Below are positions 29,103 through 38,470 of a stretch of DNA of 64,000 nucleotides, in pieces. Origin of the DNA: a virus (lineage: Duplodnaviria; Caudoviricetes). The notes under the pieces were generated by a model. The model saw nothing but the letters and a program-made list of their open reading frames with translations, had not been told where the DNA came from and did no database searches. Numbering within the stretch: position 1 is the stretch's first letter; every line of letters starts with the position of its first letter. The translations under genes and the position numbers were made by a program. The stretch covers positions 1 to 64,000 of the IMG/VR virus record IMGVR_UViG_3300037878_000134, one strand, 5' to 3'.

Positions 29103-29702
29103 ATGCTAGTCGCAGGGATCACGACGTTCGCCGAGCTCTGGGCTTCACACCGCAAAGACGTCGAGTCCGTGGTCTGCAGCCTCTTGGGGTACAAGCGCAA
29201 CCCCGAGAACTTCGCTCACCTGGTGGCGGTTGGCCAGGAAGCCCTGTGGCAGGCGAGCCTGCGGTTCGTCGAGGAGAAGCAGCGCACCAAGGCGTTCTGG
29301 CCCTTCGCCGCCCACCGGGTCCGCGGTGCCGTGCTGGACGAGCTGCGCTCCTGGGACCATCTGCCGAGAGACGCGCGGACCAAGCTCAAGCGTGGCGACA
29401 ATGCGGCCGAGGAGTTCGGCTGGGGGCTCGTCCATCGCCGCACACTCAGCGCGGCTCACGGCGTCCCGGTGGCGGACAACCCCGAAACCAATGTGGAACG
29501 CAAGGAAAGAGGGACGCGTCTGCGCAAGGCGATCGACGCGCTCTCACCGGCCCAGCGCCGCGTCGCGATCGCGTTTCTGGTCGAGCAGAAGCGCTTGCCG
29601 GAAGTGGCCCGTGAGATGGGGGTTTCCACCGTGCGCATCTGTCAGATTAGGCAAGCTGCGATGAAGTCGCTCAAAGAGCGCATGCGGGAGGAGGAGCCCT
29701 GA
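29103..29702 (+). CDS. sigma-70 family RNA polymerase sigma factor, FliA/WhiG-like
   Basis: Region 2 GQEALWQASLRF...FAAHRVRGAVLDELRSWD; region 4 HTH LPEVAREMGVSTVRICQIRQAAMKSLK. Confidence 0.85.
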   Translation: MLVAGITTFAELWASHRKDVESVVCSLLGYKRNPENFAHLVAVGQEALWQASLRFVEEKQRTKAFWPFAAHRVRGAVLDELRSWDHLPRDARTKLKRGDNAAEEFGWGLVHRRTLSAAHGVPVADNPETNVERKERGTRLRKAIDALSPAQRRVAIAFLVEQKRLPEVAREMGVSTVRICQIRQAAMKSLKERMREEEP

Positions 29703-30280
29703 TGGCCCAGAGCGTGCACCTTTGGATCCCTGGTCCACTTCCGGGCCTCAACGAAGTGATCGACGCGGCAAAAGGCTATGGGGGACGAGGCTACGGCTAC
29801 TCCAAGCTCAAGCGGCAATGGACGAACACGATCGACTTGCTGGCCCGGGCCGCCAAAGTCCCTTCTTTCAGCCGGGTGCACATGGCCTATCGCTGGGTGG
29901 AGCGCAACCAGCGCAGGGATCCGTCAAACGTGGCCTGCGCGAAAAAGTTCGTGGAAGATGGCCTCGTGGAAGCAGACGTGCTGGCCAACGACGGCTGGAA
30001 GCAGATCGCTGGCTTTTCAGACGAATTCGAGGTCGGTCCAGAGGCCGGCGTCGCGGTCTCGCTCAAGGAGGGTCCATTGATCGCTCAGCTCGTGCGCGAA
30101 GGCCACTGCTACCTCGATGTCTACGGCAACCGGGTCTGTGCGCGCAGCGCCGGAATCTATGTGGACAAGCCCGGCTTCGTTTCGGCCGCCGAAATGGCGG
30201 CACTGCTCGATGAGTTGTCCCGCAACCCCAATTGCCGGAGGGAAGACGCCGATGCTCACGATCACGCTTCAGAAACTTAA
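29702..30280 (+). CDS. rusA: RusA-like Holliday junction resolvase
   Basis: PGPLPGLNE...RRDPSNV..KKFVEDGLVEADVLANDGWKQI motif. Confidence 0.75.
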   Translation: MAQSVHLWIPGPLPGLNEVIDAAKGYGGRGYGYSKLKRQWTNTIDLLARAAKVPSFSRVHMAYRWVERNQRRDPSNVACAKKFVEDGLVEADVLANDGWKQIAGFSDEFEVGPEAGVAVSLKEGPLIAQLVREGHCYLDVYGNRVCARSAGIYVDKPGFVSAAEMAALLDELSRNPNCRREDADAHDHASET

Positions 30281-30965
30281 CCCGCCGCCGCTCGGCGTCT
30301 ATGGCCCGGCTGGCAGCCCGCTGCCCGGCCGCATGGCTTTCTTGCACCCTGATGCCGCAGTCTCCTTCGCCGCGCTGGAAGCCGAGTCCGGAGGGCTCGT
30401 CTACAGCGACGTCTACCGAGATGCGATGGGCTCACTGACGGCCCACCGGGCGAAGGCCGGCGTGGAGCCCCCTGGCTACAGCGCTCACGGCTACGGCCTG
30501 GCGTTCGACCTGGCGGTGGACGAGTCCGTCGAGCGCAGCGGGAAGTCGTACGAGCAGCTCCTCGCGCTCCTGCAGTCGCATGGCTGGTATTGCTACTGCC
30601 GGGATGGGCAGCGGGGCAAGGAGGACTGGCATTTCAACTGGCTCGCGGATCGCGCTGCGAATATCATGGTGCAGCTCGAGCTGGACAACCGGCGCACCTG
30701 GTGGTTTGCGGCCGAGCAGAACATCTTGGCTCTCTACCCCGAAGTCGGTCACCGCATGAATCCGATCGAGATTCAGCAGGCACTGGCCGAGCTCGGCCTC
30801 TATCGGGGCGCGATCGACGGCAACTTGGGTCCGCTCAGCACCAGCGCGGCCGTGCACTTTGGCGCGGCCTGGGACACGCCCCCCCGGGGCAACGTGTTCG
30901 AGCGCACCCTGCGCTTCGCCGCCGCCAAGGTCGTGATTGTGGACGTTGCGCCGCCGGTGGCCTGA
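30252..30965 (+). CDS. endolysin: M15-family Zn peptidase with C-terminal peptidoglycan-binding domain
   Basis: YSAHGYGLAFD and EDWHF motifs; IQQALAELGLYRGAIDGNLGPLS PG_binding_1-like. Confidence 0.8.
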   Translation: MLTITLQKLNPPPLGVYGPAGSPLPGRMAFLHPDAAVSFAALEAESGGLVYSDVYRDAMGSLTAHRAKAGVEPPGYSAHGYGLAFDLAVDESVERSGKSYEQLLALLQSHGWYCYCRDGQRGKEDWHFNWLADRAANIMVQLELDNRRTWWFAAEQNILALYPEVGHRMNPIEIQQALAELGLYRGAIDGNLGPLSTSAAVHFGAAWDTPPRGNVFERTLRFAAAKVVIVDVAPPVA

Positions 30966-31159
30966 TGAGCGAAGATCCGCAGACTGGCAAGCCACCGAAG
31001 CCGCTCGGCCGACCGCCCAAGCGCTACCGGCGCGAAGAGCCGCCCGGCCCGCGGTGCCCTCGCTGCGGCCTGCTGGAGCCCCACGTCTGTCTGTCAGGGA
31101 CCGGCACCGGCTGGGCTCGCATCGCCAATCCGGATTCGGCTGGCTTCCGCCGCTCCTAG
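30965..31159 (+). CDS. small Zn-finger protein
   Basis: CPRCGLLEPHVC. Confidence 0.5.
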   Translation: MSEDPQTGKPPKPLGRPPKRYRREEPPGPRCPRCGLLEPHVCLSGTGTGWARIANPDSAGFRRS

Positions 31160-31195
31160 CCCCGCGAGAGGGGGGATGGGGGAGCATGGGGGAGA

Positions 31196-31242
31196 GGGAT
31201 GGGGGAGTAGGGGGCATTCCCCCCCTATACCCCGCCCATCCC
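31196..31242. other. G-tract-rich intergenic hairpin
   Basis: GGGATGGG(31196-31203)/CCCATCCC(31235-31242) and TAGGGGG/CCCCCTA arms; G-runs from about 31170. Confidence 0.5.
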
Positions 31243-31313
31243 TGCCTGTGCCGGGCACCGAATTCGGTCGCGCAGTAAATAGACGCGGGTGCTGGCTGCG
31301 ATAACATGCCAGC

Positions 31314-31718
31314 GTGTCCCCTGACGTTGCCGCCGCGCTCGCGGAAGAGCTCAACAGGCTGCGCGCCGAGCGCGCGCGCATCGACGTCGAGATCAAGCGA
31401 TACGAGAAAGCCCTCGCGGCCATCAGGGGGTTGACGGGCCGCGAACGGTCTGTTACTACTAATGGCATGAGCACAATGGAAGTCGCCTCTCGTCTAGCGC
31501 ACAGCCGCGCTCGCTCCTCCGATCCCCTGGTCCTCGCAGCGATCGAGCACCGCTTGACCCTGCAGGCGCTGGCCGGGAAGGTCGGGTGCACCGCCTCGCT
31601 GCTCACCCAGGCCCGACGGGGCGGCAGAACGATCTCGCCGAAGGTGGCGCGCAAGATCGAGGGACTCATCGGTTTTGCGGCCACCCGCGAGAACTGGCCT
31701 GGATTACGCACCGAGTAA
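31314..31718 (+). CDS. XRE-type HTH transcriptional regulator
   Basis: LTLQALAGKVGCTASLLTQARRG HTH. Confidence 0.7.
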   Translation: MSPDVAAALAEELNRLRAERARIDVEIKRYEKALAAIRGLTGRERSVTTNGMSTMEVASRLAHSRARSSDPLVLAAIEHRLTLQALAGKVGCTASLLTQARRGGRTISPKVARKIEGLIGFAATRENWPGLRTE

Positions 31719-31723
31719 TTACC

Positions 31724-31747
31724 GTCCCCACAGGGGGCTTTTTTTTC
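31724..31747 (+). terminator. Rho-independent terminator
   Basis: GTCCCC-ACA-GGGGGC hairpin followed by a T-run. Confidence 0.7.
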
Positions 31748-31780
31748 GTGCATCCTGTAAATAGTCTGTTAGAATTAACA
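31747..31780 (+). promoter_or_regulatory. extended -10 promoter with overlapping palindrome
   Basis: TG-T-TAGAAT at 31767-31775 inside TGTTA-GAAT-TAACA. Confidence 0.55.
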
Positions 31781-31798
31781 TGTAGGGGGAACAGACAA

Positions 31799-32131
31799 AT
31801 GACGCGCCAGCACCAAGCCCAGCTAAAGATGGAACGCGAGACTGCCGAAGAGCCCGGGCGTGGCTCTCCTCTGCAGCTCACGTCCGCCGCGGCTCGGGAA
31901 TCCAGCGACGCCTACATGCTGGCGCGTATGGCTGGGGCCAGCCACGAGGAGTGCGACCGGGTGGCGGCCGCGGTCGCGGCCAAGGCGCAGGAGCGCGAGG
32001 AGCGGTTGGGGCGCGGCATCTGCCAGGACTGCTTCAGCGGCTACGTCCAGATCAACGGTCGTTTCGCACGGTGCGCTCGCTGCCACGGGACCGGGCGCGC
32101 GCGTCCCCGACGATTGGAGGAGGTGCTCTGA
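31799..32131 (+). CDS. Zn-finger protein (CxxCxG motifs)
   Basis: CQDCFSG...CARCHGTG. Confidence 0.55.
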   Translation: MTRQHQAQLKMERETAEEPGRGSPLQLTSAAARESSDAYMLARMAGASHEECDRVAAAVAAKAQEREERLGRGICQDCFSGYVQINGRFARCARCHGTGRARPRRLEEVL

Positions 32132-32472
32132 TGCGTTTTCGTGATTCGCTGACCGAGGAAGTTGCGACCGACCGCACGACCGCGGCCGAAGCTGCCCAGC
32201 AGCTCGTCCGCCTGCTGGGCGAGGTCCAGGGCTCCGAGAACCTAGTGGCGGTGCACGACCTCGGGCCGACCCTGCGCAAGCAGCGCGAGACGGGCTTGCT
32301 GCGGGATCTGCGCTGCCACGTGCTGGTCTCGCTGTGCGCTGTCCATCACTGCGACGTCCGCGAGACCGCGGCGCTCTTGACCATGATCGGCATGGATGCG
32401 GACAGACAGGCTGCCTGGTGGGACGGGACCTGGGGGTGCTACTCCGCCGAGGGGCCGCTGGGGGTAGCATGA
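32131..32472 (+). CDS. hypothetical protein
   Basis: RBS GGAGGAGG; ATG overlaps previous stop. Confidence 0.55.
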   Translation: MRFRDSLTEEVATDRTTAAEAAQQLVRLLGEVQGSENLVAVHDLGPTLRKQRETGLLRDLRCHVLVSLCAVHHCDVRETAALLTMIGMDADRQAAWWDGTWGCYSAEGPLGVA

Positions 32473-32504
32473 TGCTCGGATCAACGGAAACTAGGAGGAT
32501 CACT

Positions 32505-33029
32505 ATGACGACGAAATCTTGGCTGATGTTGATTGTTGTTGGCCTCGCGGGATGCTCGGACAGCGAGGCGCTGACTCCGCCCGACAGTCTGCCGCCCACC
32601 CCGGTGACCGCTAGCCAGACGGACACGGTCACGAGCACGGGCACCCCAGCGACCGCTAGTCAGACGATCACGGCTACGGTGACCAGCACGGGCACCCCGG
32701 TGCCGCCCCAGCCAGATGCCGGCGCGCCGGCCGACGCGCGGCCTCCCACTACGAGCCTGGTCACGGCCGTGAACACCGGCCGCGGGACAGGGTCCGGCAC
32801 GACGGTCGATGCGCGCCCCGACGTCAAGCTGGACGCGATGCCGTTGAATCCGAATCACATCTACCCGTGCATAGGGTATCCGCCCGAAGCGCCGACGCGA
32901 TGGGAGTGCGCTTACGGCATTCCCTGCGGGAGTTGGAGCACGATCTGCCAGGGCGGCGAAGTGCCTGGCGTTTGGTACCGCAGCGTAGCCGAGGGTCCGA
33001 TCTGCGCGTGCACGCGCCCCGGAGTTTGA
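32505..33029 (+). CDS. Thr/Pro-rich lipoprotein
   Basis: Lipobox LAGC; RBS AGGAGG; duplicated TVTSTGTP; Cys-rich C-terminus. Confidence 0.75.
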   Translation: MTTKSWLMLIVVGLAGCSDSEALTPPDSLPPTPVTASQTDTVTSTGTPATASQTITATVTSTGTPVPPQPDAGAPADARPPTTSLVTAVNTGRGTGSGTTVDARPDVKLDAMPLNPNHIYPCIGYPPEAPTRWECAYGIPCGSWSTICQGGEVPGVWYRSVAEGPICACTRPGV

Positions 33030-33129
33030 GGCGGGTTTCGCCATGAGGTTTCCGTTGCCCACAGTCCTCCGAAATGACCCCGCCAGACAATACCTACACC
33101 CAAGTGACCCGCTGAGAAAGGATGCTCCG

Positions 33130-34131
33130 ATGGCAAATGGTGAACCGAACGCATTGACCAAGACCGCAGGGGCCGCACTCGCCACGCCAGACTATGGGAT
33201 CGACGTTGGCCGCGTGATCGCCATGCGCGCCGCTGTCGAGGAAGTGGTCGCGAAAGTGCTCCGACGAGGCGAGCACTACGGCGAGATCCCCGGGACGACC
33301 AAAGAGGGCGAGCGGCCCAAGATGACTCTGCTCCAGCCGGGCGCGGAGGTGCTGAGCCAAGTCTTCCGGCTGCGCCCCGAGTACGAAGAGATGGCGCTGA
33401 TTGAGCGCGAGGACTTCGTGGCGGTGAAAATTCGCTGCAGGCTCTACCACTCGCTCACGGGCGAGCTGGTGGGCGAGGCGATCGGCTCGGCGAATACCCG
33501 CGAGGAAAAGTACGTCGCGCAGACGAGCGCGCGCATCTGTCCCGCCTGCGGCAAGCCCACGATTTTCAAGAGCAAGGAAGGCGGCTGGTTCTGCTGGGCG
33601 AAAAAAAACGGATGCGGCGCCCAATTTCCCGACGGGGATAAGCGGATGGTGCAAGACCAAGGCGCGGTCGTCAATTCCGCGAAGGTGTGGGGGTTGTACC
33701 ACACGCTCGAATCGATCGCGCAGAAGCGGGCTTTCGTGCGGGCGACCCGCACCGCCACGGCCACGTCGGATCTGTTCACGGACGAGGAGGCAGTTGCCGA
33801 CGAGGACGAAGAGCGCGGCGCGCCCGGCAAGCAAACGTCTGTTCGCCGGGCCGAGACGCCGGCGCCAAAGCCGGCCCGAGCCACGCCCGTGCAGATTCGC
33901 GATCTGCGCGAGGCACTCGATAGCCTCGAAGTCGGAGTCAAGGCTGCGGCAGAGCTGAAAAACGGAGAGCGCGAGAAGGTGCTCAACGAAGCGCGACTCG
34001 CCTGGATCAATGGGATGTTGATCTCCCACGAGCAGGCAGCCGTGAAGGCGTTTATCGACTTGACCCCGAACCTGGCCACCCGGCTGACCGAAGCGGCCCG
34101 CAATGGCGAGATGCCACCGGCGGGAGGCTGA
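33130..34131 (+). CDS. putative single-strand annealing/recombination protein with Zn ribbon
   Basis: LQPGAEVL, CPACG..C, IAQKRAFVRA; directly before an exonuclease. Confidence 0.55.
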   Translation: MANGEPNALTKTAGAALATPDYGIDVGRVIAMRAAVEEVVAKVLRRGEHYGEIPGTTKEGERPKMTLLQPGAEVLSQVFRLRPEYEEMALIEREDFVAVKIRCRLYHSLTGELVGEAIGSANTREEKYVAQTSARICPACGKPTIFKSKEGGWFCWAKKNGCGAQFPDGDKRMVQDQGAVVNSAKVWGLYHTLESIAQKRAFVRATRTATATSDLFTDEEAVADEDEERGAPGKQTSVRRAETPAPKPARATPVQIRDLREALDSLEVGVKAAAELKNGEREKVLNEARLAWINGMLISHEQAAVKAFIDLTPNLATRLTEAARNGEMPPAGG

Positions 34132-34133
34132 CC

Positions 34134-35273
34134 ATGGCAACGCCCGTTAGGCCAAGCTCCTTCGCGCTGGCCGAGCTATGCGATCTCGCGCCATACCTAT
34201 CGACCAAGTTTCCCCGGTCGAACGCGCGGACAAAACACGGCTCGGGCGTCGATGGCCAAGTCTCGCGCGCCTTGCAGGCTGGCGAGCTGGTTCTCGAACC
34301 CGGCGAGGAGCTGCTGCCCGAGGCCGAGCAGGTCCTAAAGTGGGTGCGCCAGACCTTCCTGGCCGACGCCGAGTTCTTCGTCCAGCAGAAGGTCGAACTA
34401 CGTGACCCAGCCACGGGCGACTTGGTCACGGCGGGCACCCCCGACCTGGTGGTACTGCTGCGCGAGCAGCAGCGGCTCGTGATCGTCGATTGGAAATCGA
34501 TCGGCCAGATGTGGGCCGGGCACCTGCCGCCCCCGCGCGAGAACATGCAGCAGCTCATCTACGGCGTGGCCGCCAGTCTGCAGTTGTCGGCCGAACTCGG
34601 GGTCGAGATCGATTCATTCAAAGTCTACCTGGTCTGCTTCGACAAGGACGGCGTCCGCCCGCAAATGTCAGACGAGATCCCGCAGGACGAGTGGTGGGAG
34701 ATCCTGGAGCGGGTCAAGGCGGTCCCCCTCGTGGACCTCGACGCCCCCGCCCCCGAGGCCTCCGTGGGCCCGCACTGCACGCACTGCTACCAGCGGAGCC
34801 ACTGCCCAGCCTACATTTTGCCCGAGCGGCCTGACATGCCGGTTGCCCTGGTGCCGTTTGCCCAGCCCGGCGAGCTGACGCCGGATGCGGCCGCCGCGGG
34901 CCTGGCATGGCTGGACCTCGCCGACATGGCCATCAAGCGCGCCAAGGAGCTGCGGGACATCGTGGAGGACAACATCAACGCGTTTACGGCCCTGCACGGC
35001 CCGGTGCTGGTGGGCGATCGTCAGTACGGCCCCAGGGAGAAGCGCGGGAACCGGCGCGGGCCGACCCTCGGCGAGCTCGAAGCTGGCGGGCACGCGGACA
35101 TGATCAAGCCCGGCGCCATCAAGATCGTGTACGACTGGATGCCCGCGGGGGCGCCGGTCGCCATTGTGCCGGCGGGCGCAGAGCCCGAGAAGCCGGCCAA
35201 GCGGAGCAAGAAGGCGCCGGCTGCCGTATTGATCGGCGCATTGGATCCTCCGCCCGAAAGCGGGCGGAGATAG
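34134..35273 (+). CDS. PD-(D/E)XK exonuclease (RecB/Cas4-like fold)
   Basis: GTPDLV...IVDWKS...QQLIYG; C-terminal CTHCYQRSHC cluster. Confidence 0.8.
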   Translation: MATPVRPSSFALAELCDLAPYLSTKFPRSNARTKHGSGVDGQVSRALQAGELVLEPGEELLPEAEQVLKWVRQTFLADAEFFVQQKVELRDPATGDLVTAGTPDLVVLLREQQRLVIVDWKSIGQMWAGHLPPPRENMQQLIYGVAASLQLSAELGVEIDSFKVYLVCFDKDGVRPQMSDEIPQDEWWEILERVKAVPLVDLDAPAPEASVGPHCTHCYQRSHCPAYILPERPDMPVALVPFAQPGELTPDAAAAGLAWLDLADMAIKRAKELRDIVEDNINAFTALHGPVLVGDRQYGPREKRGNRRGPTLGELEAGGHADMIKPGAIKIVYDWMPAGAPVAIVPAGAEPEKPAKRSKKAPAAVLIGALDPPPESGRR

Positions 35274-35305
35274 GGGCAAGGCAACCCTCGTCCGAGGATG
35301 AAGCA

Positions 35306-35503
35306 ATGAAGTCACCGCTTGAATCTGTGGAACACGGTTGGTCCCTGGCAGGCTACTACTACGTCCGAATCCAGACGGGCGCGAACGGTCCACATGGTGA
35401 CCAGCTCATTTGCGTCGACCAGAACCAAGCGCGCAGAATCGCCGAGGCGTTGCACCCGCTTTTACGGCCAGGATCTGACGAACATGACGAGAGCGATACC
35501 TAG
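35306..35503 (+). CDS. hypothetical protein
   Basis: 65 aa. Confidence 0.45.
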   Translation: MKSPLESVEHGWSLAGYYYVRIQTGANGPHGDQLICVDQNQARRIAEALHPLLRPGSDEHDESDT

Positions 35504-35512
35504 GGGCACGCA

Positions 35513-35749
35513 ATGAACCGCACGGCCTACGTGATCGCCTTCTTTCGCGCAACGGTCGGTGGCCCCGAGTTCGTCCGCGCCGGCATTTTCTCCGAGAGCG
35601 CGAAAAACATCACCCTGGAGCCCAACACCATCGCGCTTGATGTCCTGTTGGCCGAAGGTGACGACTATGAAGACGCTTGCGCGAACGCCAGAGCCTTGTG
35701 CGCAAGGCATTGGCGGTACTGTTGGGTGCTGCCCCACCTGGAGGATTGA
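35513..35749 (+). CDS. hypothetical protein
   Basis: 78 aa. Confidence 0.5.
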   Translation: MNRTAYVIAFFRATVGGPEFVRAGIFSESAKNITLEPNTIALDVLLAEGDDYEDACANARALCARHWRYCWVLPHLED

Positions 35750-35750
35750 C

Positions 35751-35963
35751 GTGTTCACGCGGAATCTCGGAAGCAAACGACTGCGGGCCCGAACGAATGA
35801 CGGCCGCTTCAAGCGCGCCACCCTCGCGGACCTTGGCATCCACATGACCGCGTGCGCGGCCTGCGGACGCTTCTTCGAGAACCGCACAGTCGACCATTCA
35901 GAACCTTTCCCCATGCCGAAACGAGTGACCATTTGCCCGCACTGCGGGCGTGAGCAGGAGTGA
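35751..35963 (+). CDS. small Zn-ribbon protein
   Basis: CAAC...CPHC; GTG after GGAGG. Confidence 0.5.
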   Translation: MFTRNLGSKRLRARTNDGRFKRATLADLGIHMTACAACGRFFENRTVDHSEPFPMPKRVTICPHCGREQE

Positions 35964-35967
35964 CCCC

Positions 35968-37563
35968 ATGCCGAAGTTGACCCGCATCGAGATTCGAAAT
36001 TTCCTAGGTCTGGAACACCTGGCTTTCGACGTACCCGCCGCGGGCGCGATCATCGCGGGGGCCAATCGCGTCGGCAAGACGTCCGTGCTCAAGGCCATCA
36101 GCGCGGCCCTGGCCGCCCAGGGCGTGGGGCCCGAGGCCATCCGGAGCGGCGCGGACAAGGCCGAGATCCTCGTAGACCTGGACGCTGTCGGCCGCGTGCG
36201 CAAGGCCATCACGGCCAAGGGCGACTCGGTGTCGGTGACCACGCCCGCGGGCGATCGCTGGGCGCGGCCTCAGTCGCGCCTTGATGAGCTGCTCGGTACG
36301 GCGGCGCTTGATCCGCTGGACTTCTTCCTGTCCAAGCCGGCCGAGCGCAAGGCCAAGGTGTTGGCCGCGATCCCGATGGAGGTGACGGCGGAAGATCTTC
36401 TGCGCTGGACGGGAGACAACTGGCAACCCGAGGCCGGGCGCCACGGGCTCGAAGTCCTCGACGAGGTGGGCAGGCACTACTACGAGCAGCGCCGCGAGGC
36501 CAACAAGGCTGCGGCGGATCTGGCGGTCAGGTACGCGGACGCGACCGCCAAGGCCAAGGCGCTGCAGTCCGATGCGCACGTGGGCGTGAGCGTCCCCCCG
36601 GCGGGCGAAGAAGACCAGCCGGTTCGCGCGGCAGAGCAGGCGCGCGCGGCGCTGACGCAGCGGCAGCATCAGGCCGAGGATCACAAGATTCGCACTGCCG
36701 GTACGCGTGGGCGCATCGCAGACCTGCGCGCCGAGGTTCTCGCCATGGAGGAAGCCCAGGGCGATCCACCTACCCAGGCCGAATGGGCAGACATCTGCAT
36801 CGCGTTCGACAACAAGAAGGCCGAAGTCGATGCGCTCAAGGCAAAGCTGGCCGCCGCCGAGGCGGAGCTGGCGCCCTTGCGCGAGCGGGCCATAGGCTGG
36901 AATCGCAGGACCGAGGCCTACAGCGCGGCCCAGGCCCCGATCGAAGCGAAAGAGCGGACGGCCAACGAGTTGGAGGCCACGCTTGCCGAGAGCGCCATCG
37001 TCCCGCCCGGTCCAGACGAGTTTGCTGCCGCTGCCGAGGCGGTCAAGACAGCCGAGGGCCAGCGTGATCTCATCCGCGCTGCCCGCGCCGCCCACGATGC
37101 GCTGGCCGCCGCTGCGGCTATTGGTGACGAGCTGGCGATAGCCAAAGCCAAGGCCGAGTCCCTGGACGCCATCGTGACCCGCCTCAAGACGGAGGCCCCG
37201 CTTGAGCTGACCGCTCGGGCGTCCAGCATCCCGGGGCTTGCGGTCTCAGGTGACGGCATCACCCTCGATGGCAAGGCGCTCGACAACCTCTCGGGCGCCG
37301 AGGCCATGGAGTTCGCGGTCGCTCTGGCCAAGCGACTCAATCGTGGCTCCAAGCTCCTCCGGGTCGACAAGCTCGAACAGCTCGACCCGGACACCTTGGA
37401 GAAGTTTGTCGCCATGGCCACGGCTGATGACTGGCAGCTCATCGGCTCGCGCGTGGAGAGGGGCGAGCTGGCCATCTACGCGATTGAGGCGGGAAAGCCC
37501 AGGGTGAGAATCGAACTCGAAGCCGAGAAGTCTGCGGGGACCTCATGGCATGCAGGATCTTGA
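35968..37563 (+). CDS. SMC/Rad50(SbcC)-like ATPase
   Basis: Walker A GANRVGKTS, coiled coil, LSGAE signature, Walker B region LRVDKLEQLD. Confidence 0.8.
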   Translation: MPKLTRIEIRNFLGLEHLAFDVPAAGAIIAGANRVGKTSVLKAISAALAAQGVGPEAIRSGADKAEILVDLDAVGRVRKAITAKGDSVSVTTPAGDRWARPQSRLDELLGTAALDPLDFFLSKPAERKAKVLAAIPMEVTAEDLLRWTGDNWQPEAGRHGLEVLDEVGRHYYEQRREANKAAADLAVRYADATAKAKALQSDAHVGVSVPPAGEEDQPVRAAEQARAALTQRQHQAEDHKIRTAGTRGRIADLRAEVLAMEEAQGDPPTQAEWADICIAFDNKKAEVDALKAKLAAAEAELAPLRERAIGWNRRTEAYSAAQAPIEAKERTANELEATLAESAIVPPGPDEFAAAAEAVKTAEGQRDLIRAARAAHDALAAAAAIGDELAIAKAKAESLDAIVTRLKTEAPLELTARASSIPGLAVSGDGITLDGKALDNLSGAEAMEFAVALAKRLNRGSKLLRVDKLEQLDPDTLEKFVAMATADDWQLIGSRVERGELAIYAIEAGKPRVRIELEAEKSAGTSWHAGS

Positions 37564-37578
37564 ACCATGCTTATCCGG

Positions 37579-37607
37579 TTGACACACCCAAGTGAATCGA
37601 TTAGGAT
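37579..37607 (+). promoter_or_regulatory. sigma70 promoter in the IS left end
   Basis: TTGACA-17 nt-TAGGAT. Confidence 0.6.
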
Positions 37608-37817
37608 TTGAGTATGAAGACACAAACGCCCGGTCCCTACTTGCTGGAGAAGTGCCCAGAAGGATATGTGGTAAGAGGTAAGTACGGTGTCATAGTGGCT
37701 TACTTCGGCACCTCTTCAATCTTCCATTTTCACCCTCGCGAGTCTTATAAGATCTCCATGGATGAGGCTAAGTGCAATGCCGAAAGGTTTTTGACTGCCT
37801 TGGAGATTAACCCATGA
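37608..37817 (+). CDS. IS passenger hypothetical protein
   Basis: 69 aa inside the TIRs. Confidence 0.55.
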   Translation: MSMKTQTPGPYLLEKCPEGYVVRGKYGVIVAYFGTSSIFHFHPRESYKISMDEAKCNAERFLTALEINP

Positions 37818-38470
37818 TTGCGGCTTTGTACGTCGAAACCAATGGTGTCTATTTCGGCCGTACCGACGTGGATCCGTGGGACGAGTCACGCGATGCTCGT
37901 CAGTATGCGGGGCCGTGGCCTGTAGTTGCTCATCCTCCGTGTCAACGATGGGGAAGTTTAGCGATAGCCAACTTTGCGCGTTGGGGAGGGGAACATAATC
38001 GTCCAGGAAACGATGGTGGTTGCTTTCTGGCAGCCTTGATCGCTGTGCGCAAATGGGGAGGGGTGTTGGAACACCCAGCAAAGACGCGAGCTTGGAAATT
38101 CTTTGGGCTTACCCGACCGTCGTCATCTGGCGGCTGGTCTCCTTGTGATTGCGGGTGGGTATGCGAAGTGTGGCAATCGGTCTATGGTCACAAAGCCAAT
38201 AAGGCCACGTGGCTGTACTACTGCGGAGAAGCTAAACCAGTCGAGCTGGATTGGCGTCACTTGATAGGCACACACCAATGTGGTTTTCACGATCAAAGAG
38301 GAAAATCTCGAAACAAACCAACTATTTCAGGGCCTGCGGCTTCAAGAACACCCAAGGCTTTTTCTGAGGTTTTATTGAGTCTGGCTCGCACCTCTAGACC
38401 GGCGAAACAGGATGATCTGGATCTTGAGGATTCGCGGTCAAGTCGTGAACTTTTCATGGGTCTGCTTTGA
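37814..38470 (+). CDS. IS passenger, putative C5-cytosine methyltransferase-like protein
   Basis: VVAHPPCQRW (Pro-Cys catalytic-type motif), VLEHP, VWQSVYGH..NKATWL. Confidence 0.5.
   Translation: MIAALYVETNGVYFGRTDVDPWDESRDARQYAGPWPVVAHPPCQRWGSLAIANFARWGGEHNRPGNDGGCFLAALIAVRKWGGVLEHPAKTRAWKFFGLTRPSSSGGWSPCDCGWVCEVWQSVYGHKANKATWLYYCGEAKPVELDWRHLIGTHQCGFHDQRGKSRNKPTISGPAASRTPKAFSEVLLSLARTSRPAKQDDLDLEDSRSSRELFMGLL

Noticed and set aside
31276-31304. Possible sigma28 promoter TAAA...TGCGATAA
   Set aside because: Spacing is 17 rather than about 15 nt and the -10 is imperfect
34134-35273. Cas4-like nuclease as part of the CRISPR system
   Set aside because: It lies 17 kb from the effector, next to an annealing-protein candidate and an SMC-like ATPase, the standard phage recombination module; no cas1/cas2 is present
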